Positions 17,188-26,784 of a DNA stretch of 64,000 nucleotides are shown here, in pieces. Below the pieces are notes generated by a model. That model was not told where the DNA came from, made no database searches, and worked only from the letters and a program-made list of their open reading frames with translations. Position numbers and translations under genes: made by a program. Numbering within the stretch: position 1 is the first letter of the stretch; each line of letters starts with the position of its first letter. Origin of the DNA: an uncultured Actinomycetes bacterium (GTDB taxonomy: Bacteria; Actinomycetota; UBA4738; HRBIN12); assembly GCA_963771385.1 (NCBI GenBank), contig CAVYTE010000011.1:8573-72572 (forward strand), written 5' to 3'.

Positions 17188-18300
17188 ATGCTTTACGCGC
17201 TCTTCTACGCGATCATCCGGCGCGGTCTGCGGATGAACGTGATCTCCTCGGAGACCGAAGCCGAGGTGCTCGTCCTGCGCCACGAGCTCGCCGTGCTGCG
17301 CCGGCAGATCAAGCGCCCCAAGCTGCATCGAAGGGACAAGCTGTTCCTCGCGGCAATGAGCAGGATGCTGCCGCGGGAGCGCTGGGCGGCCTTCCTCGTG
17401 ACCCCGGCCACGCTCGTGCGGTGGCACCGAGAGCTCGTTCGGCGCAAGTGGACCTACAAGCGTCGGCGTGGGCCGGGCCGCCCGCCCATCGACTCGGAGA
17501 CCAGGGCGCTGATCCTGCACATGGCGAGGGAGAACCCGCGCTGGGGGTGGGTGCGGATCAAGGGTGAGCTCCAGGGCCTGCGCATCGTGGTCTCCACCAC
17601 GACGATCCGCACGATCCTTCGTCGCGCGGGCCTCGGGCCAGCGCCGCGCCGGGACGGTCCAACCTGGCGAGAGTTCCTCTCCGCGCAAGCCAAAGGCATC
17701 GTCGCCTGCGACTTCTTCACCGTCGAGACGGTGTTCCTCAAGACCTTGTACGTGCTGGTGTTCATGCATATCGAGACCCGCCGGATCCTCGGGGTCGGGG
17801 TGAGCGCCAACCCGAACGGGACCTGGGTGACCCAGCAGGCGCGCAAACTCGCGATGGATCTGGACGACGATCCCGAGCTCTGCGTGCGCTTCCTACTCCG
17901 CGACCGCGACGCCAAGTACTGCCGCAGCTTCGATGCGGTCTTCACCGCCGAGGGGGCCGAGGTCGTGCTCACCCCGTACCGGACTCCACAGGCCAACGGC
18001 CACATCGAGCGACTGATCGGAGGCTTGCGACGGGAGGTCCTCGATCACGTGTTGGTCCTTCACCGAAGGCACCTGGCGGACGTCTTGCGTGAGTATGCCG
18101 CGCATCACAACTCGCATCGACCGCATCGTGGGCTCGGTCTTCGTCGTCCGCACGATGTCGGCCGGCCGATCCCAGGCCCCGGGCCCGCGCGGCCCGAGGC
18201 GATCGAGCGTGCGAGATCCTCGGTGGGCTGCTCCACGAGTACCATGCCCGCGCGGCATAACGAGGCCGCCGTTGATGTGCCCAAGATGACCCAGGTGTAA
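17188..18300 (+). CDS. rve-domain DDE transposase (IS481/IS3-superfamily-like) with a probable 3'-terminal frameshift
   Basis: MLYALFYAIIRRGL...EAEVLVLRHELAVLRRQIKRPKL...LVTPATLVRWHRELVRRKWTY...ENPRWGWVRIKGEL...DFFTVET...RDRDAKY...NGHIERL...HYNSHRPHRGL. The family-typical end ILGGLLHEYHARAA-stop is present in another frame (stop at 18258-18260), with the shift near 18212. Confidence 0.8.
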   Translation: MLYALFYAIIRRGLRMNVISSETEAEVLVLRHELAVLRRQIKRPKLHRRDKLFLAAMSRMLPRERWAAFLVTPATLVRWHRELVRRKWTYKRRRGPGRPPIDSETRALILHMARENPRWGWVRIKGELQGLRIVVSTTTIRTILRRAGLGPAPRRDGPTWREFLSAQAKGIVACDFFTVETVFLKTLYVLVFMHIETRRILGVGVSANPNGTWVTQQARKLAMDLDDDPELCVRFLLRDRDAKYCRSFDAVFTAEGAEVVLTPYRTPQANGHIERLIGGLRREVLDHVLVLHRRHLADVLREYAAHHNSHRPHRGLGLRRPHDVGRPIPGPGPARPEAIERARSSVGCSTSTMPARHNEAAVDVPKMTQV

Positions 18301-18305
18301 CGATC

Positions 18306-18654
18306 ATGCTCAATCGAGCAGCCCTGATCCTTCGGTACAAGCAGCCCTTCGTCGATTGGATCAACGCCGCCGATCCCTCCCCCACCTCGCGCACCCTGAC
18401 CCTGGCCGAGGTCAACCAGGAGCACACCGTGTACCTGGTCGAGGTCGAATACGAGGACGAACTCACCGAGTGGCTCACCCTTCATCACGAGGAGCTCTTC
18501 GAGGAAGAGCTAACCGGGTGGTACCACGGACCCGGCGCTGTGGCCCCGGGACCGATCGCTCAAGATGCTCAAGGAGTGGTGTTCGTTGGAGCTCCACACC
18601 GTCGTGGTGGATACCGGTGAGTCTCCGCTCGAAGACGATGAGTTGGAAGAATGA
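18306..18654 (+). pseudogene. conserved hypothetical protein, one frameshift
   Basis: MLNRAALILRYKQPFVDWINAADPSP...EELFEEELTGWY continues in another frame as WPRDRSLKMLKEWCSLELHTVVVDTGESPLEDDELEE-stop. The join is near 18538. Confidence 0.5.
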
Positions 18655-19058
18655 ATGAGCCGTGCTGGGCAACGGCAACCCCTGTGGATCAGAGTTTTCG
18701 ACCCCCACACGCTGCGGGCGATGCTCGTCGGGATGCTTCGGGAAGGCGAGCGGTCGGTCCTCCACAGGTGGGACCGGAAGCCGGCGCCGCACGCCGAGCC
18801 TGCCGTGTAATTGGTCCGATCATTCGCCACGGGTTGTTTCCTTGGAGCACACCGCGCACGCCGCCAACAACAAGCTTGGCACGGTCTGGGTCCCGACATT
18901 GACTCGCTCAAGGCCGAGTACGTAGCGGCGGACGCCGAAGAACGCACAGCCGCCAACTCAGGTGAGTAGTCAACCAACCGGCCAGGTTCGGCTACCGGAA
19001 GGACGCTGGCGCCTAAGAACTCCAATCACAATGATCGTCTCGTTCCATCGCTCCCCGA

Positions 19059-20045
19059 TCAGCCGAACGTGAAGGCGTAGACGGCCGCATCGGCGTCGAG
19101 GAACTCGATCTCGAAGAGTCGATCGGTGATCGGCCCCTGTTGCCGGATCAGCTGATACATCCGCGGCTCGATCAGCTCGCCTGTTCCATCGGAGTCGACG
19201 TCCGTCCCTGCGGCGGCGCCCGGTGGCGCGCCATCGATCGACACGGAGAACGGCACGGACGTGCCGGCCGCCGGGCCCATCACCAGGTGCACGTCGCGGG
19301 CATTGAACCGGAACGCGACCCGGCCCTTGGGCTCGTTCAAGACCGTCGCCTCGGCCATCGCGGTCCAATCACCGGAGAGCGCCCAGTGGTTGTGTCGCAC
19401 GTGCCCGGGCACCTCGTAGAACTTCGGGACATCTCGCTCCATCCCGCCGGGAGACGCGAAGTTCTCGGTCTGACGGTATCCCAGGTACGTCTCGGATGTG
19501 TTCAGGGCTTCCCAGTCCGCGGCCACCTCCGGACCGGTCGGATCCACGGAGACCACATCGCCTACGGAGACGTTGGCGCCGGCGTCCGTGAGGAGCTGCT
19601 GGATCACGATCTCCGAGCGCTCGTAGTCGCCCTCGCCGAAGCGATGGTGTCGGATGCGCCCTTGAGCGTCGACGAAGTACAGCGCCGGCCAGTAGTGGTT
19701 CGAGAACGCGTTCCAGACCGCGTAGTCGTTGTCGACCGCGACCGGATACGTGACGCGCATCTGCTCGAGGGCCGGACGGATGTTGTCGAGGCTCCGCTCG
19801 AACGAGAACTCTGGCGTGTGGATGCCGATCGTGACGAGTCCGTCGCCTCGGTACCGCTCGTCCCACGCGCGGACGTAGGGAAGCGACCGCAGCCAGTTGA
19901 TGCACGTGTAGGTGCAGAAGTCGGCGACGACGACCTTGCCGCGGAGTCCCTCTGGTGTCAGCGGCTCCGAGTTGAGCCACGTCGTGGCGCTGGTGAACGA
20001 CGGCATCGAGCCTTCGGCGGGCAGATGCACCCCGAAGGAAGTCAT
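19059..20045 (-). CDS. redoxin/thioredoxin-fold protein with DipZ-like C-terminal domain
   Basis: LRGKVVVADFCTYTCINWLRSLPYVRAWDERY...VTIGIHTPEFSFE...YWPALYFVDAQGRIRHHRFGEG, followed by a ~150-aa beta-rich domain. Confidence 0.8.
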   Translation of the reverse strand: MTSFGVHLPAEGSMPSFTSATTWLNSEPLTPEGLRGKVVVADFCTYTCINWLRSLPYVRAWDERYRGDGLVTIGIHTPEFSFERSLDNIRPALEQMRVTYPVAVDNDYAVWNAFSNHYWPALYFVDAQGRIRHHRFGEGDYERSEIVIQQLLTDAGANVSVGDVVSVDPTGPEVAADWEALNTSETYLGYRQTENFASPGGMERDVPKFYEVPGHVRHNHWALSGDWTAMAEATVLNEPKGRVAFRFNARDVHLVMGPAAGTSVPFSVSIDGAPPGAAAGTDVDSDGTGELIEPRMYQLIRQQGPITDRLFEIEFLDADAAVYAFTFG

Positions 20046-20048
20046 CGG

Positions 20049-20786
20049 CTAGGACTCTACCGCGACGGCTGCGACCGCGGCCCGGATCACCTCGGCGACC
20101 ACGTCCGGCTGAGACACCATCACAACGTGGGAGGCGTCGACCTCGGTGATCGTGGCGCCCGAGCGCTCGGCCATCGAACGGATGACGTCGGTCCCTGCCG
20201 CCTTGTCGGCGGTCGCGACCACGGCCCAAGACGGCGTCGACTTCCAGGCCGGCGGACCGCAGGGCTCGGAGAACGCCGCGTCAGCGGCCGGGCGCTGGGT
20301 CGCGGCCATCACGGAGCTCTGCTCCGCGGACAGGTCGGCCGCGAACGCTTCGCGGAACTTCGCGGGGTCGACCGTGAACTCCACGCCGGAACCGTTCGCG
20401 TGCGGGTACTTCAGCGGAACCAGCGTCGGCCCGAGGATGCTGTCCATCGAGGTATCCCCGGCGTCGCCCAGCCGTTCACCGTCCTCAGGGGCGTAGGCCG
20501 CGACAAAGACAAGGCCGACGACGTTGGCCGCGTTCCCGGCGTTCGAGATCAACGCGCCGCCGTACGAGTGACCGACGACCACGACCGGCCCCGGGATCTG
20601 CTCCAGGTAGCTCGCCAGGTAGGCCGAGTCGTGGGCGATCCCGCGCAGCGGGTTGGCGGGTGCGATGACCCGTATCCCGCTCGCCTGGAGGCGCTCAATC
20701 ACCCCGTTCCAGCTCGAGGAGTCGGCGAAGGCGCCGTGCACCAGTACGACGGTGACCGCCGAAGCATCCGAGGTCGTTGTAGACAT
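20049..20786 (-). CDS. alpha/beta hydrolase
   Basis: VVLVHGAFADSSSW, nucleophile elbow GHSYGG, C-terminal DASHVVMVSQP. Lies 3 nt upstream of the redoxin gene. Confidence 0.85.
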   Translation of the reverse strand: MSTTTSDASAVTVVLVHGAFADSSSWNGVIERLQASGIRVIAPANPLRGIAHDSAYLASYLEQIPGPVVVVGHSYGGALISNAGNAANVVGLVFVAAYAPEDGERLGDAGDTSMDSILGPTLVPLKYPHANGSGVEFTVDPAKFREAFAADLSAEQSSVMAATQRPAADAAFSEPCGPPAWKSTPSWAVVATADKAAGTDVIRSMAERSGATITEVDASHVVMVSQPDVVAEVIRAAVAAVAVES

Positions 20787-20798
20787 GAATAGCTCCTT

Positions 20799-21728
20799 TC
20801 AAAACGCGTCGACGTCCACGATGGCCTCGGCGAACGCCGCCGGAGCCTCCTGCGGAAGGTTGTGACCGATGCCGCCGGTGATTGTCCGGTGCGAATAGCT
20901 ACCGGTGAACCGCTTGGCGTAGGTCTCCGGCTCGGGATGAGGCGCGCCGTTCGCGTCCCCCTCCAGCGTGATCGTGGGGACGGTGATGTCCGGACTCTCC
21001 GCCAGCCGCCGCTCGAAATCGTGGTAGTTCGGCTCGCCCTCGACCAGACCCATCCGCCAGCGGTAGTTGTGGATCGTGATCGCCACGTGATCGGGGTTCT
21101 CCAACGACGTTGCGCTGCGATCGAACGTAGCGTCGTCGAAGCTCCAGTTCGGCGACGCGAGCCGCCAGATCAGATTCGCGAAGTCGTTGAGGTTCTTCTC
21201 GTACCCGGCGCGACCGCGTTCGGTGGCGAAGTAGAACTGGTACCACCACTGGTGCTCGGCCTCGGGCGGAAACGGCAGCTTGCCGGCTTCCTGGCTGCCG
21301 ATCAGGTATCCGCTCACCGAAACGAGCCCCTTGCAGCGTTCGGGCCACAGCGCCGCCACGATGTCGGCCGAACGAGCACCCCAGTCGAAGCCGCCGAGGA
21401 TCGCCCGCTCGATCCCGAGGGCGTCCATCAGATCGACCACGTCGGCTGCCATGGCCGATGGTTGACCGTTCCGGACCGCGCTGCTGGCTAGGAACAGTGT
21501 CGCGCCGAAGCCGCGGACGAACGGGACGATCACGCGGTACCCCTCGGCGGCCAGCAACGGCGTCACGTCGGAGTAGCTGTGGATGTCGTAGGGCCAGCCG
21601 TGGAGGAGCAGCACGGCCTGACCATCTGCGGGCCCCGTTTCGGCGTACCCAACGCTCAGGACCCCGGCATCGATCTGGCGGAGGGGACCAACATCGTCGA
21701 CATCCGGCCTCCTTCCTTCAGAGTGCAT
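20799..21728 (-). CDS. alpha/beta hydrolase, epoxide-hydrolase/haloalkane-dehalogenase-like
   Basis: LLLHGWPYD (HGxP oxyanion motif), Asp nucleophile motif GFDWGA, and a C-terminal GHNLPQEAP. Confidence 0.85.
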   Translation of the reverse strand: MHSEGRRPDVDDVGPLRQIDAGVLSVGYAETGPADGQAVLLLHGWPYDIHSYSDVTPLLAAEGYRVIVPFVRGFGATLFLASSAVRNGQPSAMAADVVDLMDALGIERAILGGFDWGARSADIVAALWPERCKGLVSVSGYLIGSQEAGKLPFPPEAEHQWWYQFYFATERGRAGYEKNLNDFANLIWRLASPNWSFDDATFDRSATSLENPDHVAITIHNYRWRMGLVEGEPNYHDFERRLAESPDITVPTITLEGDANGAPHPEPETYAKRFTGSYSHRTITGGIGHNLPQEAPAAFAEAIVDVDAF

Positions 21729-21737
21729 GCGCCGAGA

Positions 21738-22931
21738 TCAACGCAGCGACCGGAACGCCGCTCGCACCTCCTCGGAGAGCACTTGCGGCTGCTCCCACGC
21801 CGCGAAGTGGCCGCCCCTCGGCAGCCGGTTGTAGTGGATCAGCTTCGGATAGGCGCTCTCCGCCCAGCTCCGCGGGGCCGCGTAGATCTCGTCGGGGAAG
21901 ACGCTCACGCCGACCGGGAGGTCGACACCCTTCGGGGCGAAGAAGGCGAGCTTGCTCTCCCAGTAGAGACGAGCCGACGAGACCGCCGTCCTCGTCAACC
22001 AGTAGAGCGTCGCATTGTCGAGGATGTCGTCCTTCGTCAGCCCCTCGGTTTGACCGTCGAAAACACGGGCGATGAGCGACAGGCTGCGCGCGTCGTGGTC
22101 GAGCATCCACGCGGCCAGGCCGACGGGTGAGTCCTCCAGCGCGTACAGGGTCTGCGGGCGGTTCCCCATCTCCTGGGCGTAGGCGAGGCCGTGCTTGTAG
22201 AAGAAGTCGAGCTGCTCCCACGCGTACCGCTCGTCGTCATCGAGATCGGGCGGGGGCGGGTCGCCTGCCGCGAACGCCTTCGCAATCTCGTCCGGGATCG
22301 TGGCGGCCATGTTCGTGTGGATGCCCAGCAGTCCCATCGGCCGCTGCAGCGCCATCTGCTCGGTGACGGCGTTCCCCCAATCGCCCCCCTGGGCGACGTA
22401 CCGCGTGTAGCCCAGCCGCTCCATCAGGATGCTCCAGGCCCGGGCGATGCGGATCGGATCCCAGCCGGCCGTTGCCGGCGTGCCCGAGAACCCGTGGCCG
22501 GGGAGCGACGGGATCACCACGTCGAAGGCGTCGTCCCCGCTCGCGCCGTGCGCCTCGGGGTCGCTGAGCGGGCCGATGATCTTGAGCTGCTCGATGACCG
22601 AGCCGGGCCACCCGTGTGTGACGATGAGAGGCAACGCGTCGTCATGCTGTGACCGGACCTGGATGAAGTGGATGTCGACGCCGTCGATCTCGGTCACGAA
22701 CTGTGGCAAGGCCTGGAGCCTGGCTTCGACCGGACGCCAGTCGTACTCGGTGGCCCAGTAGTCCGCCAGCTCTCGCATCGTTTCGAGCCGAACGCCCTGC
22801 GATTCGTCGTCGACGGTCTCCTTCTGCGGCCACCGCATCGCCGTGATGCGCCGACGGAGATCGTCGAGGTCCTCCTGCGGAACGTCGATACGGAAGGGGC
22901 GAATCGTGTCCTTCGCTGCTTCGTCGCTCAT
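21738..22931 (-). CDS. epoxide hydrolase with microsomal-EH N-terminal domain
   Basis: IRPFRIDVPQEDLDDLRRRITAMRWP, FVTEIDGVDIHFIQVRS, THGWPGS, GGDWG, GGHFAAWEQPQ. GGAGG RBS before ATG 22931. Confidence 0.9.
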   Translation of the reverse strand: MSDEAAKDTIRPFRIDVPQEDLDDLRRRITAMRWPQKETVDDESQGVRLETMRELADYWATEYDWRPVEARLQALPQFVTEIDGVDIHFIQVRSQHDDALPLIVTHGWPGSVIEQLKIIGPLSDPEAHGASGDDAFDVVIPSLPGHGFSGTPATAGWDPIRIARAWSILMERLGYTRYVAQGGDWGNAVTEQMALQRPMGLLGIHTNMAATIPDEIAKAFAAGDPPPPDLDDDERYAWEQLDFFYKHGLAYAQEMGNRPQTLYALEDSPVGLAAWMLDHDARSLSLIARVFDGQTEGLTKDDILDNATLYWLTRTAVSSARLYWESKLAFFAPKGVDLPVGVSVFPDEIYAAPRSWAESAYPKLIHYNRLPRGGHFAAWEQPQVLSEEVRAAFRSLR

Positions 22932-23053
22932 CTGCTTCTCCTCCCTCATCCGATCTGACGGGCCATCTCCCGGTCGAAGCGTGGCCCTCGTCGAGTCGGC
23001 CTCGCGCCCGGGTAACACCCTGGTCATCGCGCGGCTCGATCGGATCCAGGATC

Positions 23054-23785
23054 TCAGCCCTCGATGAGCTGCTGGCCCCCGTCGATGTCGAAGGTCGCCC
23101 CCGTGACCGCCGTGTTCGTCATCAGATGAATGGCGAGCGCCGCGACGTCGCCGGCACCGATCACGCGTCTGATCGGCAGCGTCGTACGGAGTTCTTCACG
23201 CCGCACATCGATCCGGTCGCCCAGGATCTCCGCAGCCAGCGGTGTGTCGACGAACCCGGCAGCGATCAGGTTCACGCGGATCGGCGCGAGCTCGTAGGCT
23301 AGGCTCTTCGTCATCGCCGAAAGCGCGGCCGTGAGCGCAGACACGAAGGCCGATCCCGTCTCGGCGTAACCACCATCGATGCACCCGGTGAAGAGGAGTG
23401 TTCCACCGGGGCGAACCTTGGCCGCTGCTTCCCGAGCGACCCGCAGTGGTAGGACGAGATGAGCGTCCAGCTCCCGACGTGCGTCGTCCACGTCGAACTC
23501 CGCCAGCGGCACGCGGTGGGGACCCGGGACCGTGACGAGGACGTGATCGATCTGGGTCGGAACCTCCGCGAAGAACCTCCCCAGCCGATCGAAGTCCGTC
23601 GCGTCGAACGCCGCGATGCAGGCCGCGAGCTCAAGGCCGGCGCGATGCACGCGCTCGGGGTCTCGAGCCGTGATGATCACGGAGGCTCCCTCGCCATGGG
23701 CCCGCCGTGCTGTCTCGAGCCCGATGCCCGAGCTGCCGCCGATCACGAGAACCGTCTGACCGGCGAGCTGAGGTTCGCGACCCAT
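23054..23785 (-). CDS. SDR family oxidoreductase
   Basis: LAGQTVLVIGGSSGIGLETARRA (TGxxxGxG-type Rossmann motif). 243 aa, starting at ATG 23785. Confidence 0.85.
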   Translation of the reverse strand: MGREPQLAGQTVLVIGGSSGIGLETARRAHGEGASVIITARDPERVHRAGLELAACIAAFDATDFDRLGRFFAEVPTQIDHVLVTVPGPHRVPLAEFDVDDARRELDAHLVLPLRVAREAAAKVRPGGTLLFTGCIDGGYAETGSAFVSALTAALSAMTKSLAYELAPIRVNLIAAGFVDTPLAAEILGDRIDVRREELRTTLPIRRVIGAGDVAALAIHLMTNTAVTGATFDIDGGQQLIEG

Positions 23786-23972
23786 TGTCGGAGCCCAACC
23801 TCGTCGTTGGACAACGTCTTCGCACCAGGGTGACTCCCTAGTACCCCCTCGCGAGGAAAACGGCCACGCCGAGCAGGAGTAGGGTTGCGTCGAAGGGGGC
23901 TCCCTCAATCGGGGAGACAGTTCGATCCGACTCCTGGGGCGGCAAGCGGAGTGCGAGGCGCTCGACCAACTC

Positions 23973-26672
23973 TTGGCCGACGCTCGGGCCGGGCAGAGCC
24001 GAGTCGTCGTGCTCCGCGGTGAGCCGGGCGTGGGCAAGACCGCGCTCCTCGATTATCTGACCGAGCATGCCGAAGGTTGCCGCATCGCGCGTGCGGTTGG
24101 CGTCGAGTCCGAGATGGAGCTCGCCTACAGCGGGCTGCATCAGCTGTGTCGGCCCATGCTCGATGTCGTAGAGCGCCTGCCCCCAGCTCAACGGGAAGCG
24201 CTCGCGACGGTCTTCGGCGTGGGCGAAAGTCTGCCGCCCGACCGATTCCTCGTCGGGCTTGCCACCCTATCGCTGTTCGCTGAGCTCGCCGAGGAGCAAC
24301 CACTCGTGTGCGTCGTCGACGATGCGCAATGGCTCGATAAGGCGTCGGCACAGATCCTTGGCTTCGTTGCTCGCCGTCTCCTCGCCGAGCGAGTGGCGCT
24401 CGTCGGCGCCGTGAGAACGGGCATCGGCGACAACATCCTTTCCGGCGTCCCCGAACTACGCGTCGACCCGCTCGGCGAGGCCGATGCGCGCGCCCTGTTG
24501 CTGGAGAACTTGATCGGGCCTCTGGATGCGGCCGTCTGCGATGAGATCGTCGCCGAGAGCCACGGGAACCCGCTGGCCCTGCTCGAGTTTCCGCGAACGT
24601 GGGGAGCCGCGGAGCTCGCCGGGGGATTCGCTCTGCCGGTAAGTCGTCCAGTCGAGGAAACGATCGAAGACGAGTTCACACGAAGGCTCGACCGACTGCC
24701 GAGCGACACGCGGCTTCTTGTGCTCTCGGCGGCCGCCGAGCCGCTCGGTGATCCGATCCTCCTGCATTCGGCGGCCAAGATCCTCGAGATCGACATGACG
24801 GCTGTCGACCCAGCGGTGGACGCCGGGTTGCTCACGGTCGGCCGGCGCGTCGAGTTCGCGCATCCACTTGTCCGATCGTCCGCATACCGCTCGGGAACGG
24901 CCGAGGATCGCCACCTCGCGCACCGCGCGCTCGCCGACGCGACCGACGCCGACAACGATCCGGACCGGCGGGCCTGGCACCGCGCCCGCGCCACCTCTGG
25001 TCCCGACGAGGAGGTGGCCGCCGAGTTGGAGCGCTCTGCCGGGCGAGCGCAGGCACGCGGCGGAGTCGCGGCGGCGGCCGCGTTCTTGAGGCGCGCCGTC
25101 GAACTGACCGCGGACACCGCGCGGCGATCGGAGCGGGCGGTAGATGCCGCGGAAGCTAGCTTCCAGGCTGGCGACTTCGACGCGGCCCTTCAGCTCGCGA
25201 CGGCCGCCGAGGCAGGACGACTCGACGGGTTCAGGCGTGCTCGTGTGAGCCTGCTGCGTGGCCACATCGCACTCGTCCTTGGCTACGGAGACGACGCCGC
25301 TCCGCTCCTGCTCGAAGCTGCCAGACAGCTAGAACCGTTGAACTTTGACCTCGCGCGGCAGGCCTACTTGACCGCGTACGCATCCGCGTACTCCGCCTCC
25401 TATCTCGGTCAACGAGGGATCTTCCTCGAGATCTGTCGAGCCATCGAAGACCTCCCCCCGCGACCCGGGACTCCCGATGCGATCGACCTGCTGCTGGAAG
25501 GGATGGCGAGGACGCACACCGACGGACGGGCCACCGCGATGCCGATCCTCAAGCGTGCGGTGACGGCCGTCGCGGATATGCCTCACGACGATGTCCTCCG
25601 CTGGGGCTGGATGGCGCCCTTTTCCGCTCACGTCACGTGGGACCCTGATGCCTCTACCGCGATCTACGACCGACAGGCACAGATCATTCGGGAAGCCGGT
25701 GCCCTCGCGGAGCTGCCCGTGTATGCGCAGTCGTTGGCTTTGGACAAGGCGTGGAACGGAGATCTGGCAGGCGCCGCGCTCCTCGTTGCGGAGAGTGACG
25801 CCGTGGCGGCGGCGACGGGGAGCCAGCTCCCTCCCATGGCGGCTCTGCGGCTCGCAGCACTCCGTGGGAACGAAGCGGAGGCCTCCCCGCTGATCACGGC
25901 TACGATCGAGCAAGGGACGATTCGAGGGCAGGGACTGGCGGTGCGGGTCGCCCAATGGTCCGCCGCGGTCCTGTACAACGGCCTGTCCCGCTACGAAGAC
26001 GCAGCGTCCGCAGCGCGACAGGTCACCGCGGACGATGTCGATCCCTATCCACAGATGTGGGCGCTCAGCGAACTCGTGGAGGCGGCGGCACGGTCGGGGG
26101 AAACGGAGCTCGCACAAGGGGCGGTCGATCGACTCGCGGACGTCACGACTCCTGCGGGGACCGATTGGGCGCTCGGCACACTGGCGCGTTCGCGCGCCTT
26201 GCTGCTCGATGGTCCGGCGGCGGACAACCTCTATCAGGAGGCGATCGAGCGGTTCGGTCGCACACGGCTCGGTCCCGAACTCGCGCGCGCGCATCTGCTC
26301 TACGGGGAGTGGCTGCGCCGCGAGGGCCGTCGCGTGGACGCGCGTGAGCAACTTCGAACCGCTTACGAGATGTTCGCCGCGATCGGCATGGAAGCGTTCG
26401 CCGAGCGTGCCCGCCGAGAGTTGAAGGCGACCGGCGAGAAGGTCCGTAAGCGCAGCCCCGAGACGAGCGACGAACTGACGCCGCAAGAGGAGCAGATCGC
26501 GCGGCTCGCGCGCGACGGCTTCTCGAACCCCGAGATCGGCGCGCAGTTGTTCATCAGCGCGCGCACCGTTGAGTGGCACCTTCGCAAGGTGTTCACGAAG
26601 CTCGGCGTCACGTCTCGCCGACAGCTTCGGACGACGCTGCACGACGAAGCTCGTCGCATCGACCATCCCTAG
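23973..26672 (+). CDS. large ATP-binding LuxR-family (LAL) transcriptional regulator
   Basis: VVVLRGEPGVGKTALL P-loop, VVDDAQWLD Walker-B-like motif, long helical middle, and C-terminal LTPQEEQIARLARDGFSNPEIGAQLFISARTVEWHLRKVFTKLG. The conserved N-terminal LLGRQAECEALDQLL lies in frame upstream of the called TTG start, but no ATG/GTG/TTG precedes it. Confidence 0.85.
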   Translation: MADARAGQSRVVVLRGEPGVGKTALLDYLTEHAEGCRIARAVGVESEMELAYSGLHQLCRPMLDVVERLPPAQREALATVFGVGESLPPDRFLVGLATLSLFAELAEEQPLVCVVDDAQWLDKASAQILGFVARRLLAERVALVGAVRTGIGDNILSGVPELRVDPLGEADARALLLENLIGPLDAAVCDEIVAESHGNPLALLEFPRTWGAAELAGGFALPVSRPVEETIEDEFTRRLDRLPSDTRLLVLSAAAEPLGDPILLHSAAKILEIDMTAVDPAVDAGLLTVGRRVEFAHPLVRSSAYRSGTAEDRHLAHRALADATDADNDPDRRAWHRARATSGPDEEVAAELERSAGRAQARGGVAAAAAFLRRAVELTADTARRSERAVDAAEASFQAGDFDAALQLATAAEAGRLDGFRRARVSLLRGHIALVLGYGDDAAPLLLEAARQLEPLNFDLARQAYLTAYASAYSASYLGQRGIFLEICRAIEDLPPRPGTPDAIDLLLEGMARTHTDGRATAMPILKRAVTAVADMPHDDVLRWGWMAPFSAHVTWDPDASTAIYDRQAQIIREAGALAELPVYAQSLALDKAWNGDLAGAALLVAESDAVAAATGSQLPPMAALRLAALRGNEAEASPLITATIEQGTIRGQGLAVRVAQWSAAVLYNGLSRYEDAASAARQVTADDVDPYPQMWALSELVEAAARSGETELAQGAVDRLADVTTPAGTDWALGTLARSRALLLDGPAADNLYQEAIERFGRTRLGPELARAHLLYGEWLRREGRRVDAREQLRTAYEMFAAIGMEAFAERARRELKATGEKVRKRSPETSDELTPQEEQIARLARDGFSNPEIGAQLFISARTVEWHLRKVFTKLGVTSRRQLRTTLHDEARRIDHP

Positions 26673-26784
26673 CAGCCGCGCGCCTGATGGTCGGATAGAC
26701 CAGGGACTTCGACGGGTTCGACGTTGCTCGGGGGCGAGCAGGCTTGATGCTGCTGGATAGAGGACTCTCGGAAAGGAGAGAACG

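Larger units (their letters stand above)
17130..18709 (+). mobile_element. candidate insertion sequence (transposase plus one passenger ORF)
   Basis: Imperfect terminal inverted repeats TGTGGGGCACAGAAACCCGATTC (17130-17152) and GATCAGAGTTTTCGACCCCCACA (18687-18709): the outer 7 nt are perfect and about 15 of 23 match. No clear target duplication was seen. Confidence 0.35.

Noticed and set aside
17073-17567. ORFs 17073..17567 and 29338..29916 share the N-terminus METRVRTPLGL, which suggests a protein family.
   Set aside because: The shared peptide is just the translation of the identical 45-nt nucleotide repeat. The sequences diverge immediately after it, and the real genes downstream (the transposase and the MBL hydrolase) are in other frames.
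18200-18260. Programmed ribosomal frameshifting in the transposase and in other multi-frame genes.
   Set aside because: The shift lies about 17 codons before the natural stop rather than between two functional domains. No slippery heptamer or downstream structure is evident there or at the other sites I inspected (for example 41209, 41600, 29444 and 32179).
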